Shown one piece after another: positions 8,683-21,460 of a DNA stretch of 64,000 bases. The position numbers and the translations under genes are program-made. Within the stretch, counting starts at the first letter, position 1, and each line of letters starts with the position of its first letter. The notes beneath the pieces were generated by a model that did no database searches, had not been told where the DNA came from, and saw nothing but the letters and a program-made list of their open reading frames with translations. This DNA comes from an uncultured Woeseiaceae bacterium (lineage in GTDB: Bacteria > Pseudomonadota > Gammaproteobacteria > Steroidobacterales > Woeseiaceae): contig CAMYOJ010000006.1 in NCBI GenBank assembly GCA_947259985.1, forward strand, positions 342-64,341. Direction: 5' to 3'.

Positions 8683-10731
8683 ATGAAGCTCGGCAATCTC
8701 GTGAAAGACCAGTGGGTCGAAGGCAGCGGTGATGGCACGTTGCTGACGAGTGCAGTCAGCGGCAAACCCGTCGCCGCAATTTCGAGTGAAGGCCTCGACT
8801 TCGCCGATATGCTGCATCATGCGCGCAGCGTGGGAGGCGCCAATTTGCGGCGCTACACGTTTCACGAGCGCGGCGAAATGCTCAAGGCACTGGCCAAGTA
8901 CCTGATGGAGCACAAGAAGGAATTCTACGCACTGTCGACCGAGACCGGAGCAACCCGCAGCGACAGCTGGATCGACATCGATGGCGGCATCTCCACACTG
9001 TTCGTCTTCTCGGGCAAAGGACGCCGCGAGATGCCTAACGACCATGTCTACCTCGACGGACCACCTGAATATCTGTCGCGCAACGGCACGTTCGTTGCTC
9101 AACACATTTGCACGCCCAAGCTCGGTGCGGCGGTCCACATCAACGCTTTCAATTTTCCGTGCTGGGGAATGCTCGAGAAGCTCGCGCCGACGCTGCTTGC
9201 CGGCGTTCCGGCGATCGTCAAGCCGGCTTCGAGCACGGCTTACCTGACCGAACTCATGGTGCGTCGCATCCTGGACTCCGGAATACTGCCGGACGGCGCC
9301 TTGCAGCTCATATGCGGCAGCGTCGGCGACCTGTTCGACCATCTCAACTGCCAGGACACGATTGCGTTCACGGGTTCCAAGAACACGGCGGAGTTCCTGC
9401 AACAGCATCCGCGTGTCGTCAGCGAATCCGTGGCGTTTACGGCCGAGACCGATTCGCTGAACGCCTCGATACTGGGGCCCGACGCCGTGCCCGGTACGCC
9501 CGAGTTCGAACTCTATATCAGGGAAGTCACGCGTGAGATGACCTCCAAGGCCGGGCAGAAGTGCACGGCCATCCGGCGCATCATCGCGCCCGCCTCGATA
9601 GCAGGCGATGTCGTAACGGCGCTGTCGACTGCGCTCGGCGAGATTCGCATCGGCAATCCGGCAAGCAAAGAGGTTGACATGGGTGCGCTTGCGAGCCCCG
9701 GCCAACGCGACGAGGTTCGCGGTCGCGTCAACGAGTTGTCGCACCAGGCCGAAATCGTCTATGGCGGCAAGGATGAATTCGAGCTCGTCGACGCCGATGC
9801 GGACAAGGGGTGTTTCTTCATGCCGACGCTCCTGCATTGTGAAAAGCCGTTAACCTCAAAGGCCGTGCATTCGGTCGAGGCGTTTGGGCCGGTCAGCACC
9901 GTATTGCCCTACGAGAATCTCGACGAAGCGATCGAATTGTCGCGGCTCGGCGAAGGCAGCCTGGCCGGCTCGATCATCACGAATGACAATGCCGTGGCCC
10001 GAGAGCTGATCCTCGGGACGGCCCCGTACCATGGCCGCATGCTCGTCATCAATCGCCATTGTGCGGATGAGTCAACGGGTCATGGATCACCGCTGCCGCA
10101 TCTCGTTCACGGCGGACCAGGACGAGCTGGAGGTGGCGAGGAGATGGGCGGCGTCCGTGGTGTACTGCACTACATGCAACGCACGGCAGTACAGGGTTCG
10201 CCCGAAACACTGACCGCCATCGGCAATCGCTGGATCCGCGGGTCCGACCAGAAACGAGCGGACGTGCACCCTTTCAGAAAGACCTTTGAACAAATTGGCG
10301 TCGGCGACACGCTGCACACGGATGAACGCGAGATCACGCTCGACGACATCCAGCACTTCGCCGATTTCACTGGCGACAGGTTCTATGCGCACACCGACGA
10401 AGAGGCGGCCGCAAGAAACCCCTTCTTCGAAGGCCGCGTCGCGCATGGTTACCTGATCGTGTCGTTCGCCGCAGGCCTGTTCGTGGACCCCGACTTCGGC
10501 CCCGTACTCGCGAACTACGGCGTCGACGATCTCAGGTTTGCCAAACCCGTCAATTACGGAGATACGCTCAAAGTCAGGCTGACCTGCAAGCAGAAGACCC
10601 TGCGCACCGGCACGGGTTACGGGGAGGTACGCTGGGACACCGAGGTTACGAACCAGGACGACGAGGTGGTCGCCCAGTACGATGTCCTGACCATGGTGGC
10701 CACCGACGAACACTGGGCTTCGGTGCAGTGA
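8683..10731 (+). CDS. paaZ: Bifunctional oxepin-CoA hydrolase / 3-oxo-5,6-dehydrosuberyl-CoA semialdehyde dehydrogenase (ALDH plus MaoC hydratase domains)
   Basis: The track ORF starts at 8530. I prefer the ATG at 8683 (MKLGNLVKDQWVEG...), which is preceded by GGGAGG at 8668..8673. This gives 682 aa with an N-terminal aldehyde dehydrogenase domain and a C-terminal MaoC-like hotdog domain. Confidence 0.85.
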   Translation: MKLGNLVKDQWVEGSGDGTLLTSAVSGKPVAAISSEGLDFADMLHHARSVGGANLRRYTFHERGEMLKALAKYLMEHKKEFYALSTETGATRSDSWIDIDGGISTLFVFSGKGRREMPNDHVYLDGPPEYLSRNGTFVAQHICTPKLGAAVHINAFNFPCWGMLEKLAPTLLAGVPAIVKPASSTAYLTELMVRRILDSGILPDGALQLICGSVGDLFDHLNCQDTIAFTGSKNTAEFLQQHPRVVSESVAFTAETDSLNASILGPDAVPGTPEFELYIREVTREMTSKAGQKCTAIRRIIAPASIAGDVVTALSTALGEIRIGNPASKEVDMGALASPGQRDEVRGRVNELSHQAEIVYGGKDEFELVDADADKGCFFMPTLLHCEKPLTSKAVHSVEAFGPVSTVLPYENLDEAIELSRLGEGSLAGSIITNDNAVARELILGTAPYHGRMLVINRHCADESTGHGSPLPHLVHGGPGRAGGGEEMGGVRGVLHYMQRTAVQGSPETLTAIGNRWIRGSDQKRADVHPFRKTFEQIGVGDTLHTDEREITLDDIQHFADFTGDRFYAHTDEEAAARNPFFEGRVAHGYLIVSFAAGLFVDPDFGPVLANYGVDDLRFAKPVNYGDTLKVRLTCKQKTLRTGTGYGEVRWDTEVTNQDDEVVAQYDVLTMVATDEHWASVQ

Positions 10732-10831
10732 GATCTGCTAAGTCTCTGTTTAAAAAGTAGTTATTTTCAGGCGAGAGATTTCCAGTCGGGCGCTTTATAA
10801 TGCCCCGCCGCGTGGTAACACCCGACAATAG

Positions 10832-13530
<2,699 letters not shown>

Positions 13531-13682
13531 GGTATTTCATCCCAATTTCTCTTATAGAAATATTCTACCGATTTTGACAATTTTCCGGTAATTTTTTCCG
13601 TTTTTTTAGCAAATACCGGGATGATAGGCATCCACTCGCGGCGCGGATTTGAGACACTGTGCGCTTACGTTGAGGTATCAAG

Positions 13683-16600
13683 ATGTCAGCCAATCCCCAT
13701 TACCCTCTCGACAATTACGAGCTCGCGGACCGCTACCGCCGTGAATCCGGCCGCGTCCTGTTGACCGGCACCCAGGCGCTGGTTCGCATCCCCCTGATGC
13801 AGCGCACACTCGACCGGGCCGCCGGCCTGAATACGGCGGGCTATGTCAGCGGCTACCGTGGCTCGCCGTTGGGCATGGTCGACCAGGAACTGTGGCGCGC
13901 CAAGCGCTTCCTCGATGAAAACGACATCGAGTTCCTGCCGGCCGTCAACGAGGACCTGGCAGCAACCGCGATCCTCGGAACGCAGCAGGTAGAAACCGAT
14001 CCGGACAGCGTCGTCGACGGTGTGTTCGGCATCTGGTATGGCAAAGGTCCCGGCGTCGACCGCGCCGGCGACGCGCTGAAACACGGCAATGCCTATGGCA
14101 GCTCGCCGCATGGCGGCGTGCTCGTGGTGGCCGGCGACGATCACGGCTGTATTTCCTCGTCCATGCCGCATCAATCCGACGTGGCGTTCCTGACGTTCAT
14201 GATGCCGTGGCTGAACCCCGCAAGCGTCGCCGAGTACCTCGAGTTCGGCTTGTATGGCATCGCGCTGTCGCGATTCTCGGGCATGTGGGTCGGTTTCAAG
14301 GCGATCTCCGAGACCGTCGAATCGGCCATGTCGATCGAACTGCCGGCCTATCCACAGTTCCAGTTACCGGCGGACTACAAGCCGCCCGCGGACGGCCTTC
14401 ACTATCGCTGGCCCGATTTTCCGGGGCCGCAGATCGAAGAGCGACTCGAAGCCAAGAAAGCCGCAACACTCGCGTTTGCCGCAGCTAACCCAATCGACCG
14501 CAAGATCTTCGATGTCCCGAAAGCGCGTTTCGGCATCGTGACGACGGGCAAAGGCCATCTTGATCTCATGGAGGCCTTGCGCCTGCTCGGCATCGAGAAC
14601 GACGAGGCACATCGTCTCGGCATCGACGTCTACAAGGTCGGCATGGTCTGGCCGCTCGAGCCGCAGGGCGCACTCGACTTCGTGCAGCACAAACACGAGG
14701 TACTCCTTATCGAGGAGAAGCGCGGCATCATCGAAAGCCAGTTCAAGGAATACTTCTACGATTACCCGGGCCGCAAACCGCAGAGCATGGTCGGCAAGGA
14801 GGACGAGAACGGGCAAAGACTCGTGCCCTGGGTCGGCGAGCTTTCACCGGTACAGCTCGCACCGATCGTCGCACGTCGCCTGGACCATGTATTCGGCGGC
14901 CATGCCTTCCGTGATCGTGCCGAGCAACTCAAACGCCAGCGCGGCCCGAAGATCGAGATCGGCGGCGCCAGGCGCATGCCCTACTTCTGTTCGGGCTGCC
15001 CGCACAACACGTCGACCAAAGTCCCGGAAGGATCACGGGCGCTGGCGGGCATCGGCTGCCATTTCATGGCCAGCTGGATGGACCGCGACACCGACGGGCT
15101 CATCCAGATGGGTGGCGAAGGTGTCAACTGGATTCCGCGCTCGCGATTCAACGGCGGACAGCACGTCTTCCAGAACCTCGGCGACGGCACGTTCTATCAC
15201 TCGGGCTCGCTCGCGATTCGCCAGGCCGTCTCGGCTGGCACGAACATCACCTACAAGATCCTCTATAACGATGCTGTCGCGATGACGGGCGGCCAGCCCG
15301 TCGACGGACCGATCTCGGTGCAGGGCATCGCTCATGCCGTACGCTCGGAAGGCGTCGAACGTATCGCGCTGGTCACGGACCAGCCCGAGACTTTTGAGCG
15401 CTCGGATTTCCCCGCGGGCGTCACTATCTCTCACCGGCGCGAACTGGACGCCGTGCAGCGAGAGCTTCGCGAAATCCCGGGGGTCACGTTGCTGATCTAC
15501 GCGCAGACCTGCGCAACCGAGAAACGCCGCCGTCGTAAGCGCGGCAAGCTCGAGGATCCCCGGAAGTTCGTCGTCATCAACGACCTGGTCTGCGAAGGCT
15601 GCGGCGACTGCTCGGTCGAATCCAATTGCCTGTCCGTGATTCCGAAAGAGACGCCGTTCGGTCGCAAGCGGCAGATCGACCAGCACAGCTGCAACAAGGA
15701 CTACTCCTGCCTCAACGGCTTCTGTCCGAGCTTCGTCACCGTGGAGGGCGATGCCCGGCTTAGCACGGCGAGTGCCGCGAGCGACGCGGACTTTGCTTCT
15801 CTCGAGAATTCTCTCGAGGACCCTGAGATTCCGGTCATCGACCACTGCTACGATCTGCTCGTCACGGGCGTCGGCGGCACGGGGGTAATCACGGTTGGCG
15901 CGCTTATCACGATGGCGGCGCATATCGAAGGCAAAGGCGCATCGGAACTCGATTTCATGGGCTTCGCACAGAAATTCGGGCCCGTGTTGAGTTACCTCAG
16001 GATCGCCGGGCAACCGTCGGACATCAACCAGGTACGAATCGAACCGGCGCGCGCCGATGCGCTTATCGGCTGCGACCTCGTCGTGAGCTCGTCCCCGAAA
16101 GCCTCGATTACCTACCAACGCGATCACACGCGCGCGATCGTCAATACGGCCGAGATGCTGACGGGAGATTTCATCAGGCATCGCGATGCAAGTTTGCGCG
16201 CGAGCGATCGAATCGCCGCAGTAGCGACAGCCGTCGGCCAGTCCAACCTGGAGACGATCGACGCGAACCATCTCGCCGAGCGTCTCATGGGCGACACGAT
16301 TTACGCGAACGTATTGATGATCGGCTGCGCCTGGCAGCTGGGCCTCGTGCCTGTTTCGATGCGGGCGTTACTGCGCGCCATCGAACTGAATGGCGTCAAG
16401 ATCGAGGAGAACAAGCGCGCTTTCACCTGGGGACGGATCGCGGCGGCAAATGCCGAGGCTGTGAACATGTTGCTGACCGACGCGCGGCCGCAACCGGCAG
16501 AAACTCTCGACAAGATGCTCGAGCGGCGCAGCGAATTCCTGGTCGGATATCAAAACGAAGCGCTCGCAATGCGCTACCGCAATCTCGTCGAACGAGTTCG

Positions 16601-17150
16601 GGCAGCCGAGACAGCGGTCTCCGGCGGAGACGCGCTCAGCCGTGCGGCGGCCAGGGCCTATTTCAAACTGCTCAGCTATAAGGACGAATACGAGGTTGCC
16701 CGCTTGCACACGCGCGGTGACTTCCTTGACTCGATTGCCGCGGAATTCGGTGCGAAAGCGAAGCTCCGTTTTCACCTCGCACCGCCAGTGCTGAATGGCA
16801 GGCGCGACGCGCGCGGCAGACCCCTCAAGAAAGAATTCGGCGCGTGGATGCTGCCCGTGTTTCGACTGCTCGCGGCATTGCGCGGATTGCGCGGGACGGC
16901 GTTCGATGTTTTCGGATACACGTCCGAACGACGCATGGAGCGAGCCTTGATCGAGGAGTTCGAGACGAACATCGACGAGTTGCTCACGGAATTGAACGCG
17001 GCAAACGTTGACGCGGTCGCCGAGCTTATTGGCAAATACATGGACATACGGGGATACGGCCCGGTCAAGGAGGAGTCGGTTCACGACGTGCGTAATGAGA
17101 TAGACGCGGCGAGGCGCGCGCTGGCTGCGGAGGATCGCGCCGCCGCCTGA
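13683..17150 (+). CDS. Indolepyruvate/arylpyruvate:ferredoxin oxidoreductase family protein (fused alpha-beta type)
   Basis: 1155 aa. N-terminal TPP-enzyme region (LLTGTQALVRIPLMQ..., GYRGSPLG), a 4Fe-4S cluster motif CEGCGDCSVESNC, and a C-terminal IorB-like region. Typical single-polypeptide proteobacterial IOR. Confidence 0.85.
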   Translation: MSANPHYPLDNYELADRYRRESGRVLLTGTQALVRIPLMQRTLDRAAGLNTAGYVSGYRGSPLGMVDQELWRAKRFLDENDIEFLPAVNEDLAATAILGTQQVETDPDSVVDGVFGIWYGKGPGVDRAGDALKHGNAYGSSPHGGVLVVAGDDHGCISSSMPHQSDVAFLTFMMPWLNPASVAEYLEFGLYGIALSRFSGMWVGFKAISETVESAMSIELPAYPQFQLPADYKPPADGLHYRWPDFPGPQIEERLEAKKAATLAFAAANPIDRKIFDVPKARFGIVTTGKGHLDLMEALRLLGIENDEAHRLGIDVYKVGMVWPLEPQGALDFVQHKHEVLLIEEKRGIIESQFKEYFYDYPGRKPQSMVGKEDENGQRLVPWVGELSPVQLAPIVARRLDHVFGGHAFRDRAEQLKRQRGPKIEIGGARRMPYFCSGCPHNTSTKVPEGSRALAGIGCHFMASWMDRDTDGLIQMGGEGVNWIPRSRFNGGQHVFQNLGDGTFYHSGSLAIRQAVSAGTNITYKILYNDAVAMTGGQPVDGPISVQGIAHAVRSEGVERIALVTDQPETFERSDFPAGVTISHRRELDAVQRELREIPGVTLLIYAQTCATEKRRRRKRGKLEDPRKFVVINDLVCEGCGDCSVESNCLSVIPKETPFGRKRQIDQHSCNKDYSCLNGFCPSFVTVEGDARLSTASAASDADFASLENSLEDPEIPVIDHCYDLLVTGVGGTGVITVGALITMAAHIEGKGASELDFMGFAQKFGPVLSYLRIAGQPSDINQVRIEPARADALIGCDLVVSSSPKASITYQRDHTRAIVNTAEMLTGDFIRHRDASLRASDRIAAVATAVGQSNLETIDANHLAERLMGDTIYANVLMIGCAWQLGLVPVSMRALLRAIELNGVKIEENKRAFTWGRIAAANAEAVNMLLTDARPQPAETLDKMLERRSEFLVGYQNEALAMRYRNLVERVRAAETAVSGGDALSRAAARAYFKLLSYKDEYEVARLHTRGDFLDSIAAEFGAKAKLRFHLAPPVLNGRRDARGRPLKKEFGAWMLPVFRLLAALRGLRGTAFDVFGYTSERRMERALIEEFETNIDELLTELNAANVDAVAELIGKYMDIRGYGPVKEESVHDVRNEIDAARRALAAEDRAAA

Positions 17151-18545
17151 TCAAATATCGACGACGAGATTCGCGCCCACGACCAGCATCGGCACGGCTA
17201 TGAGCGTGCGCAGCAGGAAGATCGCAAGCAGGTCACGAAAGCCCAGTGGCAGTCTCGATCGCAGGATAATGACGCCAAGCTCGGACATGAAAACGAGCTG
17301 GCAGACCGACAGGCCCGCCAGCACGAAACTGGTCCGTTCGGCGTCGATACTGCTCGCGATAATGGCGGGCATGTACTGGTCCATGAAGCCCGCGAACAGG
17401 CCGGGCGCCGCATTCGCTGCCTCGGGCATGCCCGCCAGTTCCAGCAGGGCGATGAACGGGTACCCCAGCCACTCGAAGACGGGCGTGTGGAATGTCAGCA
17501 ATGCCGCTATCGTCGCGAGCGCCATCGCAGCCGCCACGACCGAAAACAGGAAGAACATCAGGTTGCGGGCGCCCATGACAAAGTAGTCCGTCACGCCGGG
17601 CGATGTCCGCGCGCGCTCGATCGCCTTGTTCCAGGCCTCGACCAACAGGGACCCGGACTCTTCCACCGCCCAGCCCGCCGGCAATGAACCGTCGATGTAT
17701 TCATTCGCCTTGCGCGACAGCGGCGGCAGGCGTGGCGTAATGATGGCTGCGGCGATACAGGTCAGAACCACGAACGCGTACCAGGGCACGAACAGATGGC
17801 CGATTCCCGACACATTCGCCACAACCAGCGAGAACGGGATGGAAACAACCGAAAAGTTCGCCGCTATCACCGACGCCTCACGCGCCGTGTAGAATTTTCG
17901 CTCGTACTGTCCGATCGTAATCAGCAGGCCGATCGCAGAGGCACCGACAAACGATGCCGTTGCATCGATCGCGGCGCGTCCCGGCAAACGAAATACGCGG
18001 CGGAAAAACGGCCGTGCCAGCGTGCCGACAAATTCCATGAAACCGAATTCCGTCAATAGCGGCAGCAACAGGCACGCGCTGATATAGACGGCGACGACGT
18101 TGACCGCAATGTCCTTATAGACGGCGCCACCGACTTCCTCGGACAACAACAGCGCGGGACCTGCCTGGTACAGGTACATGAGGCCAAAAACCGTACCGGC
18201 CAGGCGCACCAGAAACCAGCTCATCGGCACATCGAACAAACTGCCAAACCAGTCGCTGTCGCGAACCAGGCGCACTTTGAGCACCGAGGCGAGGAAAGTC
18301 ATGACGCTCGTCAGCACCATCAGAACCACGACGGTCTCAACACCGTATGCGCCCATCAACGCTTTTACCCATTGCGTGATGATGCCGATACCGATCGTCA
18401 GTTCACCGTCCCAGGCGACGGGCACCAGGAAGATGGCAACGCCCAGTGACGAGGGCAGGATGAAGCGCAGCAATGCAGTCTTTTCGGGCAAGTCCCGTTC
18501 CGGGGCACGATTAGTCTCCGCAGCATAGCGCAATGCAGGGGGCAT
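17151..18545 (-). CDS. YjiH-like polytopic membrane protein (nucleoside-recognition/Gate domain family)
   Basis: The track ORF is 17151..18611. The ATG at 18545 (MPPALRYAAE...) avoids the Arg-rich extension. The protein has many TM helices (LLRFILPSSLGVAIFLVPVAWDGELTIGIGIITQWVKALMGAYG). Family assignment is from memory. Confidence 0.6.
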   Translation of the reverse strand: MPPALRYAAETNRAPERDLPEKTALLRFILPSSLGVAIFLVPVAWDGELTIGIGIITQWVKALMGAYGVETVVVLMVLTSVMTFLASVLKVRLVRDSDWFGSLFDVPMSWFLVRLAGTVFGLMYLYQAGPALLLSEEVGGAVYKDIAVNVVAVYISACLLLPLLTEFGFMEFVGTLARPFFRRVFRLPGRAAIDATASFVGASAIGLLITIGQYERKFYTAREASVIAANFSVVSIPFSLVVANVSGIGHLFVPWYAFVVLTCIAAAIITPRLPPLSRKANEYIDGSLPAGWAVEESGSLLVEAWNKAIERARTSPGVTDYFVMGARNLMFFLFSVVAAAMALATIAALLTFHTPVFEWLGYPFIALLELAGMPEAANAAPGLFAGFMDQYMPAIIASSIDAERTSFVLAGLSVCQLVFMSELGVIILRSRLPLGFRDLLAIFLLRTLIAVPMLVVGANLVVDI

Positions 18546-18562
18546 CGTGCGAACATCATCGT

Positions 18563-19588
18563 ATGGACAAGATCCGCTACGAGTTCGACCAGCGACCTGC
18601 CGAAGGCGCAACGATGAACGTCGCCGACGACATACTCTGGTTACGCATGCCGTTGCCGTTCTCCCTCAATCACATCAACCTCTGGTTGATACGCGACACA
18701 TCGTCATGGGTCATCGTCGACACGGGCGTGGACACGCGCCACAGCCGCAAGGTGTGGCAACAGACTTTCCGCGACGCGATGGGTGGCGACCCGGCAAGCC
18801 ATGTTGTCGCAACGCATCTGCACCCGGATCATGTCGGCTGTGCAGGCTGGCTCGCGGATCATTTCGACATCGATTTGTGGATGAGCAGGGACGAGTACCT
18901 GCTTTGCCGCGTCCTCACCGCGGACACCGGCAAACCGGCACCCGAGGAAGGCGTTCGCTTCTACAGAGCGGCCGGTTTTTCCACGAGTCAGCTCAGCGCT
19001 TACCAGGACACTTTCGGCATGTTCGGACGATTCGTGCACCCGCTCCCCGAGGCATACCAGCGCATGTCGGATGGCGACAGTATCCGCTTCGGTGATTGTC
19101 GCTGGGAGGTCATTGTCGGTCGCGGACATTCGCCCGAACACGCCTGCCTCTATGACCCGCAGCGCAACATCCTCATCGCAGGCGACCAGTTGCTGCCCAC
19201 GATCTCTCCGAATGTCAGTGTCTGGCCAACCGAACCACTCGCCAATCCGCTCGGGGACTGGTTCTCGTCACTCGACACGCTGAAGGAACGGCTGCCGGCC
19301 GATGTCCTGGTGCTGCCGGCTCATGGCAAGCCATTTCGTGGCGCGCATCATCGCCTGGGGCAACTGGCGCGGGAGCATGAAGACCGGCTCGATCAACTGC
19401 TCGATATTTGCCAGGATCCACAGCGCGTTTCGGACATGTTCTCGTCGATATACCGGTCGAAAATCGATGACAGCAATCGCATTATGGCGACGGGCGAAGC
19501 CGTCGCACACCTCAACTACCTTTGTGACATCGGTTCCATGACCGCCGAAACCGACGACGAGCACGTGACGTGGTATCGGCGCAGCTAG
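18563..19588 (+). CDS. MBL-fold metallo-hydrolase
   Basis: About 341 aa from the ATG at 18563 (the track ORF starts at 18533). HxHxDH motif HLHPDHVGCAGW. Later His residues lie in GHSPEH and LPAHG. Confidence 0.8.
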   Translation: MDKIRYEFDQRPAEGATMNVADDILWLRMPLPFSLNHINLWLIRDTSSWVIVDTGVDTRHSRKVWQQTFRDAMGGDPASHVVATHLHPDHVGCAGWLADHFDIDLWMSRDEYLLCRVLTADTGKPAPEEGVRFYRAAGFSTSQLSAYQDTFGMFGRFVHPLPEAYQRMSDGDSIRFGDCRWEVIVGRGHSPEHACLYDPQRNILIAGDQLLPTISPNVSVWPTEPLANPLGDWFSSLDTLKERLPADVLVLPAHGKPFRGAHHRLGQLAREHEDRLDQLLDICQDPQRVSDMFSSIYRSKIDDSNRIMATGEAVAHLNYLCDIGSMTAETDDEHVTWYRRS

Positions 19589-19594
19589 TCCCGA

Positions 19595-21001
19595 TCAGCT
19601 CGTGAAACCCACCATCGGACCGATGTGCATCGATAGCACGAGGAACGCGGCGGCTATTGCGAAGATCTTCAACAACAGCGGTCCGACGAAGCGGAACCAG
19701 GCCGAGTACGGCACCTTCCCGAGGGCCAGCGCCCCCATGACGAGCGCGCTGGTCGGCACGATCATATTCGTGAAGCCGTCACCAAACTGGTAGGCAAGCA
19801 CTGCCGTTTGCTGCGGCACATCGGTCAGCGTGGCCAGCGGCGACATGATCGGCATCGTAACGAACGCCTGGCCGCTACCCGATGGAATGAAGAAGTTACA
19901 GATCGTTTGCACAAACAGCATACCGATCGCCGACGCTTCGGCCGGCAGTCCCTCGAGAACACTCGCGATGTGGAAGACGATCGAGTCGATGATCTGCCCG
20001 TCGGTCAATACCACCTCGATCGTGCGAGCGAAGCCGACCAGCAGTGCGGCCGGCGTCATGGCCGCGGCGCCCTCGATGAACGCGCGACTCGTTTCCCCGG
20101 CCGACATGCGGGAAATCGCGGCAGAGACCAGTCCGATACCGAGGAATATCGCGTTCAGTTCGGGGATGTACCATCCATGCTCGGAGACGCCCCAGACGAA
20201 GCCGACGAGGCCAAGCACGAAAACAGACAGAATCGCTACCCTGCGGCCATTGAAATGGAGGTCGGCCGGCGCCTGGAAGCCGACGCTGTAGTCGATGTGG
20301 GCAACGAGGCTCTCTTCCGGGTGTTTCTTGACGCGCATTGCATAACGATAAATGTGGTGAAATGCGACGACGAGGAAGACGAACATCATCGCGAGCCGCA
20401 AACCCCATCCCGATGTCAGCGGCACGTTCGCTATATTCTGTGCGATCAGGACGCCGAACGGATTGATACCGGCGCAGGCCCAGCCGATGCCGTAGGGAAT
20501 CCAGACCATGCCCATCGCAACAATAGCGTCCATGCGCATGGCAAGGCTCATCGTCACGATAATCGGTACCAGCGGCACGTACTCCTCACCCATGCCGATC
20601 GTGAACGAGCCGATGCTGAACAGCAGCAGGCAACCACCGATCAACAGCCAGGGCGTCTTACCGAGTCGCTGCACGGCGCCGTGCAGCGCCGCATCAATCG
20701 CCCCTGTATTCCTCAGGACCTGTATGACGCCGCCAACCAGGAAGATCAGGAAGATAATGCCCTGCGCCTTCGCCAACCCGTCAGTTATCGCCATCAGGAA
20801 ATGCCAGGGCGGCAGAGTCAGGTTCTGCTCTCCCGTGAAGACCTCGTAGGTACCGGCGACGACAACGGTGTGCGATGCGTCCCCCGGCGCCGGGGCACGC
20901 TCGTAGCCGCCGTGCGGAATTGCGTAGGAGAGCAACTGGGCAATTACGATGAACGAGAAAATCAGTACGAGGGAGTCAATTGACCAGCCGCGTTTGGACA
21001 T
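19595..21001 (-). CDS. YfcC family (C4-dicarboxylate anaerobic carrier-like) membrane transporter
   Basis: The track ORF runs to 21064; I prefer the ATG at 21001 (MSKRGWSIDSLVLIF...). The C-terminal half (FIPSGSGQAFVTMPIMSPLATL...AYQFGDGFTNMIVPTSA) closely parallels E. coli YfcC as I recall it. Confidence 0.8.
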   Translation of the reverse strand: MSKRGWSIDSLVLIFSFIVIAQLLSYAIPHGGYERAPAPGDASHTVVVAGTYEVFTGEQNLTLPPWHFLMAITDGLAKAQGIIFLIFLVGGVIQVLRNTGAIDAALHGAVQRLGKTPWLLIGGCLLLFSIGSFTIGMGEEYVPLVPIIVTMSLAMRMDAIVAMGMVWIPYGIGWACAGINPFGVLIAQNIANVPLTSGWGLRLAMMFVFLVVAFHHIYRYAMRVKKHPEESLVAHIDYSVGFQAPADLHFNGRRVAILSVFVLGLVGFVWGVSEHGWYIPELNAIFLGIGLVSAAISRMSAGETSRAFIEGAAAMTPAALLVGFARTIEVVLTDGQIIDSIVFHIASVLEGLPAEASAIGMLFVQTICNFFIPSGSGQAFVTMPIMSPLATLTDVPQQTAVLAYQFGDGFTNMIVPTSALVMGALALGKVPYSAWFRFVGPLLLKIFAIAAAFLVLSMHIGPMVGFTS

Positions 21002-21062
21002 CTGGTGGGGCCTGTTTACCAATATTGGTATGCGGAGCCTAACGGAGGCGCACGCCGCGCGC

Positions 21063-21095
21063 AAAAAAAACCGGCGGTATTTGCTACCGCCGGTT
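21063..21095 (-). terminator. Rho-independent terminator downstream of the repeat-protein gene
   Basis: On the minus strand the sequence reads AACCGGCGGTA-gcaaa-TACCGCCGGTT followed by TTTTTTTT. That is an 11-bp perfect stem plus a U-run, 15 nt after the stop at 21110. Confidence 0.8.
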
Positions 21096-21109
21096 CCATG
21101 CCTCTGAGC

Positions 21110-21460
21110 CTAATCGTTACCGCGTCTTTTCTGACGGCGGTCGATGCGATTGTCCGCGCGCTGCCCGCGACGGTCGTTGCGCCGATCGGCCTTCTCGCCA
21201 CGTCGGTCGAGCTTCCTGTCGATCCGGTCGCCCTGCCGGTCCAGGCGCTCTGCACGGCGTTCGCGGCCATTCTCGGCGGCGCGATCCGACTTCCTGTCGA
21301 GACGCCGGTCAATGCGGTCGCCCCTGGCATCCAGTCGGTCCTCGATGCGATCGCCACGCTCGTCAAAGCGCTGCTCGACCCGGTCACCCGTATCAGCGAA
21401 CGCCGTTCCGTATAGCAGCAGGCCGGCCGCAACGATATAAATCAGTTTCCTCGAATCCAT
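21110..21460 (-). CDS. Secreted Arg/Asp-rich protein built from about seven 11-residue repeats (GDRIxxRLDxR); function unknown
   Basis: 116 aa. Signal peptide MDSRKLIYIVAAGLLLYGTAFA. Repeats follow: GDRVEQRFDER / GDRIEDRLDAR / GDRIDRRLDRK / ... / GDRIDRKLDRR / GEKADRRNDRR / GQRADNRIDRR. It has its own terminator. The plus-strand ORFs across the same DNA are repeat shadows. Confidence 0.7.
   Translation of the reverse strand: MDSRKLIYIVAAGLLLYGTAFADTGDRVEQRFDERGDRIEDRLDARGDRIDRRLDRKSDRAAENGRERRAERLDRQGDRIDRKLDRRGEKADRRNDRRGQRADNRIDRRQKRRGND

Noticed and set aside
8512-9837. 441-aa ORF antisense to paaZ
   Set aside because: It lies entirely inside the well-supported paaZ gene on the opposite strand and is Arg/Ala-rich with no recognisable motifs. 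Long antisense shadow ORFs are expected at this GC content.
15033-16271. 412-aa ORF antisense to the IOR gene
   Set aside because: It has the same shadow-ORF pattern: low-complexity R/A/D composition and full overlap with a strongly supported gene.
21005-21440. Plus-strand ORFs (136 aa and 98 aa, Ser/Arg-rich repeats) across the repeat-protein gene
   Set aside because: They are mirror images of the 33-nt repeat. Only the minus-strand frame has a signal peptide, a start context and a terminator.
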